Virus record (IMG/VR): IMGVR_UViG_3300020045_005649
Span: 1-29,799 of that record
Source: a virus
Taxonomy: Duplodnaviria; Caudoviricetes
DNA: 29,799 nucleotides
Strand: one strand, 5' to 3'
The notes beneath the pieces are model-generated. The model had not been told where the DNA came from, searched no databases, and saw only the letters and a program-made list of their open reading frames with translations. This document shows, one piece after another, positions 7,488 to 15,967 of this stretch; the first letter of the stretch is position 1; each line of letters begins with the position of its first letter. A program made the translations under genes and the position numbers.

Positions 7488-9401
7488 ATGAAGGCATTAG
7501 ATTTATTTAAGAAAAAGTTTCAATCTAAAAAAGCAGAGGAGATGACATTTGAGGATTATCTCGAACTGGCACAAAAAGACTCCTCTGTTTATTCAAATTC
7601 TGCTGAACGACTCTTAAAGGCTATAGGGGAACCGGAGAAGATAATTACTTCAAAAGACCCTAAATTGAGCCGTATATTCGGTAATAAAACGATTCGAAGA
7701 TATAGAGTGTTTAATGATTTTTATGGATTGGAAGAAGTAATTGAACATATTGTTTCTTATTTCAGACATGCGGCTCAAGGACTAGAGGAATCTCGTCAGA
7801 TTCTTTATTTATTAGGTCCGGTGGGGTCCGCTAAGTCATCTTTAGTTGAACGCCTTAAGCAACTGATGGAACAAGAACCTATTTATATATTAACTGCTGA
7901 CGATGGACAGCCTAGCCCCATTCACGAGTCTCCCTTAGGTATTTTAAATATAGAAACTAGAAAGGAACTAGGACTGCCGATTAATTTCACTATAGCTAGT
8001 CCTTGGGCCTTAAAACGACTAACAGAGTATGACGGAGACGTTTCTAAGTTTAAAGTGCTAAAATGTTATCCTTCTCAATTGGACCAACTTGCTATCTCAA
8101 AGACTGAACCGGGGGACGAAAACAATCAGGACATTTCTGCTCTAGTAGGTAAAGTCGATATACGAAAGCTAGATTCTTTCTCTCAAGACGACCCTGATGC
8201 TTATTGTTATAATGGAGGTCTTTGTTTAGGGAACCAAGGAATTGTAGAATTTGTGGAGATGTTTAAGGCTCCTATTAAGATGCTCCACCCTTTACTAACG
8301 GCGACTCAAGAACGAAACTATAAAGGCACAGAGGCCATATCTGCTATACCGTTTCAAGGAATGGTTATTTCCCATTCTAATGAAGCGGAATGGGACACGT
8401 TTAAGAATAACAAGAACAATGAGGCGTTCCTGGACAGGGTGTACACAGTAGAAGTTCCTTACTGTTTAAGAGTAACTGAAGAGCAAAAGATATATACTAA
8501 ACTTCTAGACAGTAGTACTCTTAAAAATGCTCCGGTTGCCCCAAATACTTTACGAATGCTGGCTGAGTTTTGTGTGTTGACTAGATTAGAGGTTCCTGAA
8601 AACTCTAAAGTCGTCACTAAAATGAAAGTATACGACGGCGACAACGTTAAAGAAAAGGATGTAAAAGCCAAGTCCTTCCAAGAATATAAAGACGGTTCTA
8701 CATCTAATGAGGGCTTCTTTGGGGTTTCTACGAGATTGGCCTATAAGATATTAGCAGAAGTCTATAATTTTGACATAGAAGAAATAGCCGCCGATCCGGT
8801 ACATCTATTATACGTGCTAGAAAAAACAATATTAAAGAGTAGACTGCCTGTTGATACAGCAGATAAATATTTAACTTATATTAAAGACTACTTATCTCCC
8901 GACTACGCAGTGAAGGTCGGAAAGGACATTCAAACAGCGTATTTAGATAGTTACCAAGAATTTGGGCAGTCTTTGTTCGATCGTTATATCTTATTCGCTG
9001 ATCATTGGATTCAAGATAATGACTATAGGGACCCAGATACTGGTCAAATGTTTGATAGATCGATGCTGAATAAAGAGCTAGAACATATTGAAAAGCAGGC
9101 TGAAATAGCTAATCCTAAGGATTTTAGACATGAAGTAGTTAATTTCGCTTTAAGGTATCAGGCCCAGAATGGGGGAAAGAATCCTAGTTGGACTGCGTAT
9201 GAAAAACTTAGACGCGTAATAGAAAATACCATGTTCAGCAAGACTCAGGATTTATTACCAGTTATTTCCTTTACGGGACAAGGAAAGAAAGAGGACAAGA
9301 AGAAACATGAGTCCTTTGTGAATAGAATGATGGAGCTCGGGTATACTGAAAGACAAGTTCGCCGAGTTGTTGAATGGCACATGCGTACGTTGAAGAATTA
9401 A
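7488..9401 (+). CDS. prkA: PrkA/YeaG-family AAA+ ATPase (annotated as serine protein kinase)
   Basis: FRHAAQGLEESRQILYLLGPVGSAKSSL, TEPGDENNQDISALVGKVDIR, EFVEMFKAPIKMLHPLLTATQE, NNEAFLDR, NPKDFRHEVVNF; full length. Confidence 0.96.
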   Translation: MKALDLFKKKFQSKKAEEMTFEDYLELAQKDSSVYSNSAERLLKAIGEPEKIITSKDPKLSRIFGNKTIRRYRVFNDFYGLEEVIEHIVSYFRHAAQGLEESRQILYLLGPVGSAKSSLVERLKQLMEQEPIYILTADDGQPSPIHESPLGILNIETRKELGLPINFTIASPWALKRLTEYDGDVSKFKVLKCYPSQLDQLAISKTEPGDENNQDISALVGKVDIRKLDSFSQDDPDAYCYNGGLCLGNQGIVEFVEMFKAPIKMLHPLLTATQERNYKGTEAISAIPFQGMVISHSNEAEWDTFKNNKNNEAFLDRVYTVEVPYCLRVTEEQKIYTKLLDSSTLKNAPVAPNTLRMLAEFCVLTRLEVPENSKVVTKMKVYDGDNVKEKDVKAKSFQEYKDGSTSNEGFFGVSTRLAYKILAEVYNFDIEEIAADPVHLLYVLEKTILKSRLPVDTADKYLTYIKDYLSPDYAVKVGKDIQTAYLDSYQEFGQSLFDRYILFADHWIQDNDYRDPDTGQMFDRSMLNKELEHIEKQAEIANPKDFRHEVVNFALRYQAQNGGKNPSWTAYEKLRRVIENTMFSKTQDLLPVISFTGQGKKEDKKKHESFVNRMMELGYTERQVRRVVEWHMRTLKN

Positions 9402-9402
9402 T

Positions 9403-10533
9403 ATGACTATTATAGATAGACGACCTCAAGGTAGAAAAGCTTCTGAAGGGAATCGGCAACGGTTTCTAAAGAAGTATAAGAAACATCTTAGGGAGGCAGT
9501 AGATAAAATAGCTGGTACTCAAGGAATTACGGATATTTCTAAAAAGAGAAAAGTAGTTGCTAAGAAGAACGACATGCATGAGCCTACATTTCATCATGAT
9601 CCCCATAAAGGTAAGTATGATTATGTCTTAGCCGGAAACGAAACATTAGAAAAGGGAGACATGATATATAGGCCTCCAGCGGACAATGAGAAAGGGACCG
9701 AGGGAAATCCTGATGGGGACGTGTTTGAAGATTTCATGTTTACTTTGACCAAAGAAGAATTCTTAGATATTTATTTTAGCGATATGGAGCTTCCTGATTT
9801 TATTAAGAACGGCTTAAAAGGCTCTTCAAAGCTAAAATTACAGCGAGCTGGATACACCAAAGAGGGAGTTCCTGCTCGGTTGGATTTATTTAAGACTTTG
9901 AAGCAATCTATTGCACGTCGAAAAGCTACTAACTCTAAACTTTTTTTAACTGACGTGGACCTTAGATATAAGTATTTCAAGAAAGTGGCATTTCCTGTTA
10001 AAGAAGCTGTAGTATTTTTACTGATGGACGTCTCAGGCTCGATGGATGAGATTAGGAAGACTCTAGCTAAAAAGTTTTTCTTATTATTATATCTATTTTT
10101 AACTAAAACTTACGATAAGATTACCCTTAGATTTATCCGGCACACTCATATAGCTGAGGAGGTTGCTGAAAAAGAGTTTTTCTATGAGGCATTCAACGGA
10201 GGCACAGTGGTTTCTACTGGCCTTTCATTAATAAATGAAATTATTACTGAAGAGATTGCTTTAGAGACTGTCAATGTATATATTGCACAGGCATCAGACG
10301 GAGAAAATTATCCGGAAGATACAGAAAAAACTTTATCGTTACTAGAGGAATTGTTACAGAAGGTACAGTATTTTGTTTACGTCCAAATTAGGGACTTTGA
10401 CTTAGAAGATAGTCTGTTGGAAATTTACTCTAAAGTGTCTGCTAAGAACTTAAGTGTAGCGAACGTAGCAGAAGATAAAGATATTTACCCAGCGTTAAGG
10501 GAACTCTTTAAGAAAAAAGGGGTGCCAGTATGA
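9403..10533 (+). CDS. yeaH: YeaH/YhbH (DUF444) vWA-domain protein
   Basis: IIDRR..NRQRF start, DLRY, MIDAS MDVSGSM, FIRH, GGTVVS, QASDGEN; follows prkA by 1 nt. Confidence 0.93.
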   Translation: MTIIDRRPQGRKASEGNRQRFLKKYKKHLREAVDKIAGTQGITDISKKRKVVAKKNDMHEPTFHHDPHKGKYDYVLAGNETLEKGDMIYRPPADNEKGTEGNPDGDVFEDFMFTLTKEEFLDIYFSDMELPDFIKNGLKGSSKLKLQRAGYTKEGVPARLDLFKTLKQSIARRKATNSKLFLTDVDLRYKYFKKVAFPVKEAVVFLLMDVSGSMDEIRKTLAKKFFLLLYLFLTKTYDKITLRFIRHTHIAEEVAEKEFFYEAFNGGTVVSTGLSLINEIITEEIALETVNVYIAQASDGENYPEDTEKTLSLLEELLQKVQYFVYVQIRDFDLEDSLLEIYSKVSAKNLSVANVAEDKDIYPALRELFKKKGVPV

Positions 10534-11999
10534 ATAAACCATTATTTACAGGACCTGAGTGGACTTTTGAATTGTTAGAAAAAACCTGGAAAGTTATTGA
10601 TAAGATAGCCAGAGAGACTTTCGGGTTAGAGTACTATGCTCCTCAGATTGAAATTATAACTAGCGAACAAATGCTTTCTAATTATTCTAGCCATGCGATG
10701 CCTATCATGTATCCCCATTGGTCTTTCGGAAAGAATTTCTTAAAGAATGACGAGGCGTACAGAAAGGGATTTATGGGATTGGCGTATGAAGTAGTTATTA
10801 ATACAGACCCTTGTATAGCTTATTTAATGGAAACTAATTCTATGACTATGCAGGCCTTAGTTATGGCCCACGCTTCCTGTGGCCACTCTAGTTTCTTTAA
10901 GAATAATTATTTATACAAGAACTGGACTGAAGCAAAGTATATTATAGATTATCTAAAATTTGCCCGATCTTATATAAAAGAATGTGAATATAAATATGGA
11001 GAGCAGGAAGTTGAATCCTTTTTAGACAAATGTCATAGCATACAATACAACAGTGTAGACCGGTATAATAAGCCTAGAGGGTTAAAAAAGGAACTTCAAA
11101 AGCAACGAGATAGAAAATGGCAAGAGTATACAGAGCAGACGTTCAATGATGTTTGGCGAACTGTACCTGAGAGAAATGAAGAAATTAAAGAAACTCAAGA
11201 AAATAAATATAACTTCCCAGAAGATAATCTGCTCTATTTCTTAGAAAAGAACAGCCCAGTGTTATCTTCCTGGCAGAAAGAGATTTGCAGAATAGTTCGT
11301 AAAATTGCCCAGTATTTTTACCCTCAAATGCAGGAAAAGCTTATCAATGAAGGTTGGGCAACATTTATTCACCATATAATTATGACTGAGATGCACCTTC
11401 AAGGGCATATAACAGACGGCTCATACTTAGAGTTTTTAGATTTTCATACTACCGTAGTTGCTCAGCCTAATTGGACTAGGAAGTATTATTCTGGTATTAA
11501 TATTTATGCATTAGGGTTTGCTATGTTTCAAGATATTAAACGAATCTGCCAGTTCCCCACAGAAGAAGATAAACATTGGTTCCCTGATATATGCAACACA
11601 GATTGGTTAACTACTTGTACAGACGTAATGAAAAACTATAGGGATGAGAGTTTTGTTTTACAGTTTTTATCCCCTAAAGTTATCAGAGATTTTAGGTTAT
11701 TTACTTTACATGCGGATTCTAGGTACCCTTATCTCCAAGTAGATGCCACTCACTCAGATGAAGATATTCTAAGAATCCGACAAACGTTAGCAGCTTTTTA
11801 TGATATAAATCAAAAGATACCTAGAATAGAAATAACAGAGATAACCGAGGAAGGCTATTTACTGTTACATCATTTATCTGATAATAGATTAGATTATAAC
11901 TCTATGAAGGCGGTTGTTATGAACATCCATGAAATGTGGGGGGAACCAGTAAAGATGGTGTATAAAAATTTAAAAGGTGAGGAGGTGGACGATGTTTGA
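10530..11999 (+). CDS. spoVR: SpoVR/YcgB-family protein
   Basis: GPEWTFE, MPIMYPHWSFGK, GLAYEVVIN.DPCIAYLME, AHASCGHSSFFKNN, AQYFYPQ, NEGWATF, DESFVLQFLSP. Confidence 0.95.
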   Translation: MNKPLFTGPEWTFELLEKTWKVIDKIARETFGLEYYAPQIEIITSEQMLSNYSSHAMPIMYPHWSFGKNFLKNDEAYRKGFMGLAYEVVINTDPCIAYLMETNSMTMQALVMAHASCGHSSFFKNNYLYKNWTEAKYIIDYLKFARSYIKECEYKYGEQEVESFLDKCHSIQYNSVDRYNKPRGLKKELQKQRDRKWQEYTEQTFNDVWRTVPERNEEIKETQENKYNFPEDNLLYFLEKNSPVLSSWQKEICRIVRKIAQYFYPQMQEKLINEGWATFIHHIIMTEMHLQGHITDGSYLEFLDFHTTVVAQPNWTRKYYSGINIYALGFAMFQDIKRICQFPTEEDKHWFPDICNTDWLTTCTDVMKNYRDESFVLQFLSPKVIRDFRLFTLHADSRYPYLQVDATHSDEDILRIRQTLAAFYDINQKIPRIEITEITEEGYLLLHHLSDNRLDYNSMKAVVMNIHEMWGEPVKMVYKNLKGEEVDDV

Positions 12000-12378
12000 A
12001 GTTATTCATTTAGAAACTGGAGAAGTAATTAAAAAGTTTACGGAGAGGGGAGAGGCTAATTACTATATAACAGATTGTTACGGGCCGGAGGCTTCTCAAT
12101 TTACAGTTAGGAGCAACCCTTCCAAAATAGTAACGAGTGTAACTATTAAAGAGGGGGAATTAGATAAACTACTGTTTTTATCTTTTAGATATGCATTAGG
12201 TAGATCTACATATATAACTCATACGGTTTCAGAGCTTCTTCTAAAATACAAGAACTACTTAACGACAATCTCTAAGGAAACAATCATTAAAGAAATCGAA
12301 GATGCTATAAAGAATGATAGGGCGGGGATGAAGGATTTTGATGTTCCTGTCTGGGAAAGAGTTGTGGAATCACTATGA
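11992..12378 (+). CDS. Hypothetical phage protein (ORF track start is 11977)
   Basis: GAGGAGG SD before the ATG at 11992; FRYALGRSTY motif recalled from uncharacterised phage proteins. Confidence 0.7.
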   Translation: MFEVIHLETGEVIKKFTERGEANYYITDCYGPEASQFTVRSNPSKIVTSVTIKEGELDKLLFLSFRYALGRSTYITHTVSELLLKYKNYLTTISKETIIKEIEDAIKNDRAGMKDFDVPVWERVVESL

Positions 12379-12533
12379 AAACAGAATACGAATTGTGGAT
12401 ACAATGGCAGGCTGCTACTCTAACCCCTGACCTGACATTTAAACAACAATGGGAAGTATTTAAGGTGTGGTTAGCCGAAAACTATACTGAAGTAGACGGG
12501 CTTTGGAGACATAATGAAGATAAGCTCCAGTAA
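12375..12533 (+). CDS. Small Trp-rich hypothetical protein, 52 aa (not in ORF track)
   Basis: MKTEYELWIQWQAATLTPDLTFKQQWEVFKVWLAENY...; ATGA overlap; fills the gap. Confidence 0.6.
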   Translation: MKTEYELWIQWQAATLTPDLTFKQQWEVFKVWLAENYTEVDGLWRHNEDKLQ

Positions 12534-12858
12534 AAATAAAGGAAGAAAAGGGCAACAGGAAATAGTGGCGATCCTGCGTAAAGCCTTCCCAGAGCTCCCT
12601 GAGGACGATATCCTTAGTCGACCAATGGGTAGCCAGGGAGAAGACATTATAATGTCACTACGAGCCCGCCATGCCCTTCCTGTGTCAATTGAAGTAAAGA
12701 GGGGCAAAGCATTTAATTTAGTCAATGCCTGTAAACAGGCAGAACAGAATTGTAATGGCTGGATGCCTATTAGTATGGGGAGGTACGACCACGATAAACA
12801 ATGGTATGCCTGTGTGAGATTAGAGGACTTACTGGAAATGATAAAGAATTCATTCTAG
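12514..12858 (+). CDS. PD-(D/E)xK nuclease, Holliday junction resolvase-like
   Basis: SSKNKGRKGQQ, MGSQGEDI, PVSIEVK. Confidence 0.75.
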   Translation: MKISSSKNKGRKGQQEIVAILRKAFPELPEDDILSRPMGSQGEDIIMSLRARHALPVSIEVKRGKAFNLVNACKQAEQNCNGWMPISMGRYDHDKQWYACVRLEDLLEMIKNSF

Positions 12859-13023
12859 CTATAAATATAGATTAAGAGGAGTAATATATGTATACTTTTA
12901 AATACGAGGATCAAAACAGAGATTTCACAGTAGAATTTGACTTTACTCCAGATTCCGAGGCAAACAGAATACTATACCGTTGATATGTATGGTAAATCCC
13001 ACTTTCATAAGAGGTAATATCAA

Positions 13024-13413
13024 ATGAAAACAGAAGTTAAGTACGGTGTTTCCCATATATGGGGAGACGACTGGCCGCATTGGGACAAACTGTGTTCTGC
13101 TGAGATATATATATTTAAGTTTATTTATAAATGGAGTTTCTGTACATTATTAAGTAAAGAAAAGTATGGCACTATTAGATACGAGTGGCTGTTTCCCCCC
13201 GGTAGTAGGTTCTCTATAAGAATACCATATATGAAAATTAAAGTAGGTAAAGAAAAATTCGATATGATATGGTGCTGGAGTCTATGTTGGGTTTATCGCC
13301 TTTGGAAAAGATATGGTAAATGGACCCTGAACAGGGCCGTTAAAAAAGCCTGTAAGAAATGGCCGGAGATTAAGGATGAATTATTGGCAGATTACGATCC
13401 GGAGTATTTATGA
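13024..13413 (+). CDS. Hypothetical protein
   Basis: GAGG SD; 129-aa ORF in operon orientation; contains KEKYGTIRY. Confidence 0.7.
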   Translation: MKTEVKYGVSHIWGDDWPHWDKLCSAEIYIFKFIYKWSFCTLLSKEKYGTIRYEWLFPPGSRFSIRIPYMKIKVGKEKFDMIWCWSLCWVYRLWKRYGKWTLNRAVKKACKKWPEIKDELLADYDPEYL

Positions 13414-13574
13414 ATATTGAATGGGAATATTTTATAGATCATTCATATTACGATCTATACGCAGTTAGACCGAAAAACGACAAGGATTTTAATAGCCATC
13501 ACCTTTTCCATGTTATAAACAGTAAGGAGGCAGAGAAATTATGTCAACTATTAAATCATGTAAACACAAAATAG
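13410..13574 (+). CDS. Small hypothetical protein, 54 aa (not in ORF track)
   Basis: MNIEWEYFIDHSYYDLYAVRPKNDKDF...; ATGA overlap; GGAG upstream. Confidence 0.55.
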   Translation: MNIEWEYFIDHSYYDLYAVRPKNDKDFNSHHLFHVINSKEAEKLCQLLNHVNTK

Positions 13575-13696
13575 ACAAGATTGCTGTGCCTATTCTGTTT
13601 TTATATATGGCTGCAGAGGCGGGCATTTTAACCTTGCCTTGTATCCTTTGTGGAAAAGCACTAAATATGAAAGAAATTTGGGATATAATAAAATGA
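13541..13696 (+). CDS. Small CxH/CxxC protein, 51 aa (not in ORF track)
   Basis: AAGGAGG SD; MSTIKSCKH...PCILCGK...; stop overlaps the ATG at 13693. Confidence 0.5.
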   Translation: MSTIKSCKHKIDKIAVPILFLYMAAEAGILTLPCILCGKALNMKEIWDIIK

Positions 13697-14457
13697 CTAA
13701 ACATTTAGTAATTCCTGATGTACAAGCGAAGCCAGAAGTCTCCTTAGAACATCTTTCCTGGATAGGACAGTACATTATAAAGATTCGCCCTGATGTGATT
13801 GTTCAAATAGGGGACTTTGCAGACATGCCGTCCCTATGCAGCTACGATAAAGGCAAAAAATGCTTCGAGGGCAGGCGATACAAGGCCGACATTCAAGCAG
13901 CTAGAATTGCCATGGATCTCCTGCTAGACCCCATAAAAAAATATAATCAAAGACAAAGAGAGACCAAACATAGACTGTACCTGCCAAGGATGGTACTAAC
14001 TTTAGGGAATCATGAACAACGAATAGAAAGAGCAGTAGAGTCCCTAGCAGAATTAGATGGCATTATAAGTTATGATGATTTGCCGTACCAAGACTGGGAA
14101 GTACATGATTTTTTAAAACCGGTATTTATTGATGGTGTTTGTTATGCGCATTATATGGCCAATCCCATGACGGGTAACCCATATTCCGGATTGTCCTCTA
14201 CTATTCTAAAAACAATTGGACACAGCTTTGTTACTGGACATGTTCAAAAATTAGATGTAGCAACTAGGCACCTCGTAGACGGTTCTCAACAATGGGCAAT
14301 CCAGGCCGGCGCTTGTTATTCCCATTTTGAAAATTATAAAGGACATCAAGGGAATAATCATTGGAGAGGGATAATAGTTTTACATCGAGTACAGAATGGA
14401 TCATTTGATCCAATGTTTGTTTCATTAGATTACCTGAGAGATAAATATGGACAATAA
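13693..14457 (+). CDS. Phage calcineurin-like metallophosphoesterase (ORF track start is 13639)
   Basis: HLVIPDVQ, QIGDFAD, LGNHE, AHY, GHVQ motifs. Confidence 0.88.
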   Translation: MTKHLVIPDVQAKPEVSLEHLSWIGQYIIKIRPDVIVQIGDFADMPSLCSYDKGKKCFEGRRYKADIQAARIAMDLLLDPIKKYNQRQRETKHRLYLPRMVLTLGNHEQRIERAVESLAELDGIISYDDLPYQDWEVHDFLKPVFIDGVCYAHYMANPMTGNPYSGLSSTILKTIGHSFVTGHVQKLDVATRHLVDGSQQWAIQAGACYSHFENYKGHQGNNHWRGIIVLHRVQNGSFDPMFVSLDYLRDKYGQ

Positions 14458-14647
14458 ACTACGATATGTCCACTTAGCTTATAAGATTTTAACAAAAATA
14501 AAAACTAACAAAGAATTAAATGCCGTAGCATATTTAGCAGAAGAGCTTCAAAAGGAATATCAAAACGGGGCGGATAATGATTGGTGGGTTCAACAAGAGC
14601 AGAATTTGGCTTCCATAGAAGCTCAAGGTGAAGAGATCTCTATATAG
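14447..14647 (+). CDS. Hypothetical protein
   Basis: 66-aa ORF overlapping the upstream gene; last gene of the + arm. Confidence 0.6.
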   Translation: MDNKLRYVHLAYKILTKIKTNKELNAVAYLAEELQKEYQNGADNDWWVQQEQNLASIEAQGEEISI

Positions 14648-14650
14648 GTA

Positions 14651-14672
14651 GGGTTACCTAATAAGGTAACTC
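14651..14672. terminator. Hairpin at the convergence of the two arms, possible bidirectional terminator
   Basis: GGGTTACCT-AATA-AGGTAACTC, 9-bp stem with one G-U pair, filling the intergenic gap; no clear U tract. Confidence 0.5.
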
Positions 14673-15452
14673 TTAAAACGTTACTATGGAGGCTATAGAA
14701 GGAAATCCGTACAGAGCCCCTGCTACCTTAACAATAAGATTGTCACAAACCTGTATATCTGCTTTGGAATGAGTATGCCCGCAAAGCCATAAGAATTGAA
14801 CCTCCGAGTTCTTTTTTATTATGGGTAGGATAGTGTCCCCTAAAATCTTAGAAGCAAAAAATGGCAGCCCAGACGGAGTAGATTTAACTCCCTTAAATAA
14901 GGCACAATCGTCAAAAGGAGGTACATGGGTAGCTATAATTACCTTCTTAAAGTCCTTAACTACTTTTAATAACTTTCTTTTTAATTTTCTAGCATCCCTG
15001 TCTGCAAGCCGCTGCATACATCCTAGGAGTTCCTCTTTTCCTCCTGTGTACCCAATATTCAAATCTTCAATATAAATCCAATCGTTCATGATTAAGTGGC
15101 TATTTTGGTAATCTCCATACCGACCATCTCCCCATCCATCAACTCCTATTAAGGCAGTGTTCTCATCAGCAATATAGGGGATGTGGCTAAGCCAGTTATA
15201 TTTTCTTGCTATTCTATATGCCTCATTAGTTGAGGACTTATAAAAATCATGGTTGCCTAAAACGAAGAAAACCGGTTTTTGTATACACTCTTTGAACTCA
15301 TCGAGATACTTTTTTAATACGTGCCCTTCTGCCATGTCCCCCGTAAAGAGAACCTTGTCTCCGTCTGCTTGGTTTAATTCAGAATAAAATTCTAATCTAA
15401 GTTCCTTAGATATAAAGTTAAGGTGGATGTCGCTTGCCCAAGTAAGTTTCAT
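14673..15452 (-). CDS. Metallophosphoesterase, CpdA/Icc-like motif set
   Basis: SDIH, TGD, LGNHD, THVPP, CGHTH. Confidence 0.88.
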   Translation of the reverse strand: MKLTWASDIHLNFISKELRLEFYSELNQADGDKVLFTGDMAEGHVLKKYLDEFKECIQKPVFFVLGNHDFYKSSTNEAYRIARKYNWLSHIPYIADENTALIGVDGWGDGRYGDYQNSHLIMNDWIYIEDLNIGYTGGKEELLGCMQRLADRDARKLKRKLLKVVKDFKKVIIATHVPPFDDCALFKGVKSTPSGLPFFASKILGDTILPIIKKNSEVQFLWLCGHTHSKADIQVCDNLIVKVAGALYGFPSIASIVTF

Positions 15453-15465
15453 ATTCTCTTCCTCA

Positions 15466-15489
15466 AATTAAAAAGCTCCTGGAGGAGCT
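15466..15489 (-). terminator. Putative intrinsic terminator after the fibre chaperone gene
   Basis: Minus strand AGCTCC-TCCA-GGAGCT followed by TTTAATTT. Confidence 0.55.
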
Positions 15490-15937
15490 AGTTCATTAAA
15501 TACTCAGGTAGACAACTTGGCCAGGCAGCCATTGGATTATTTACATCTAACTTGATATCTTTAGTGAGGTCCCTTAATAGTTGTTTTTCTTTTTCTATTT
15601 CATCTAGTTTTTCTTTATCATTCAAGTATCTTAATTGTAGCCTGTCTAACTTGTCTAACTTAGAATTACGAGATTTCCGTATCCTATTTAAATGGATCTC
15701 CACAGCTTTCTTTTTATCTATAGATATGTTATTATTTTTATCTAAAGTCCAAGCGTCTCTAAACAGTCTATCTTCTGGAATTTTATAATCTTCTCCAACA
15801 ACAAAGTGTTCTTTGTAGAATCCATCATGTGCTGCCTTAAATTGATTAACAGGATCCTCTAGCTGAATATCATCAGAAGATAATATCATTATTGCTACGC
15901 TACCGTCTTTACCTTTGAATATTATCTTTTTTGGCAT
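15488..15937 (-). CDS. Probable tail fibre assembly chaperone
   Basis: DRLFRDAW...IDKKKAVEIH..IRKSRN..L..LD...KQLLRDL; directly downstream of a fibre gene. Confidence 0.65.
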   Translation of the reverse strand: MPKKIIFKGKDGSVAIMILSSDDIQLEDPVNQFKAAHDGFYKEHFVVGEDYKIPEDRLFRDAWTLDKNNNISIDKKKAVEIHLNRIRKSRNSKLDKLDRLQLRYLNDKEKLDEIEKEKQLLRDLTKDIKLDVNNPMAAWPSCLPEYLMN

Positions 15938-15967
15938 CTAATATCTCCCATATTCATATAGTATACT

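Noticed and set aside
12888-13017. Small ORF (31 aa) after a GAGGAG SD, possibly another frameshifted gene
   Set aside because: Too short and featureless to support without homology
5162-13775. Short - strand ORFs at 5162, 8459, 9271, 9771, 12471, 13513 and 13590
   Set aside because: Antisense shadows of well-supported + strand genes, with no motifs
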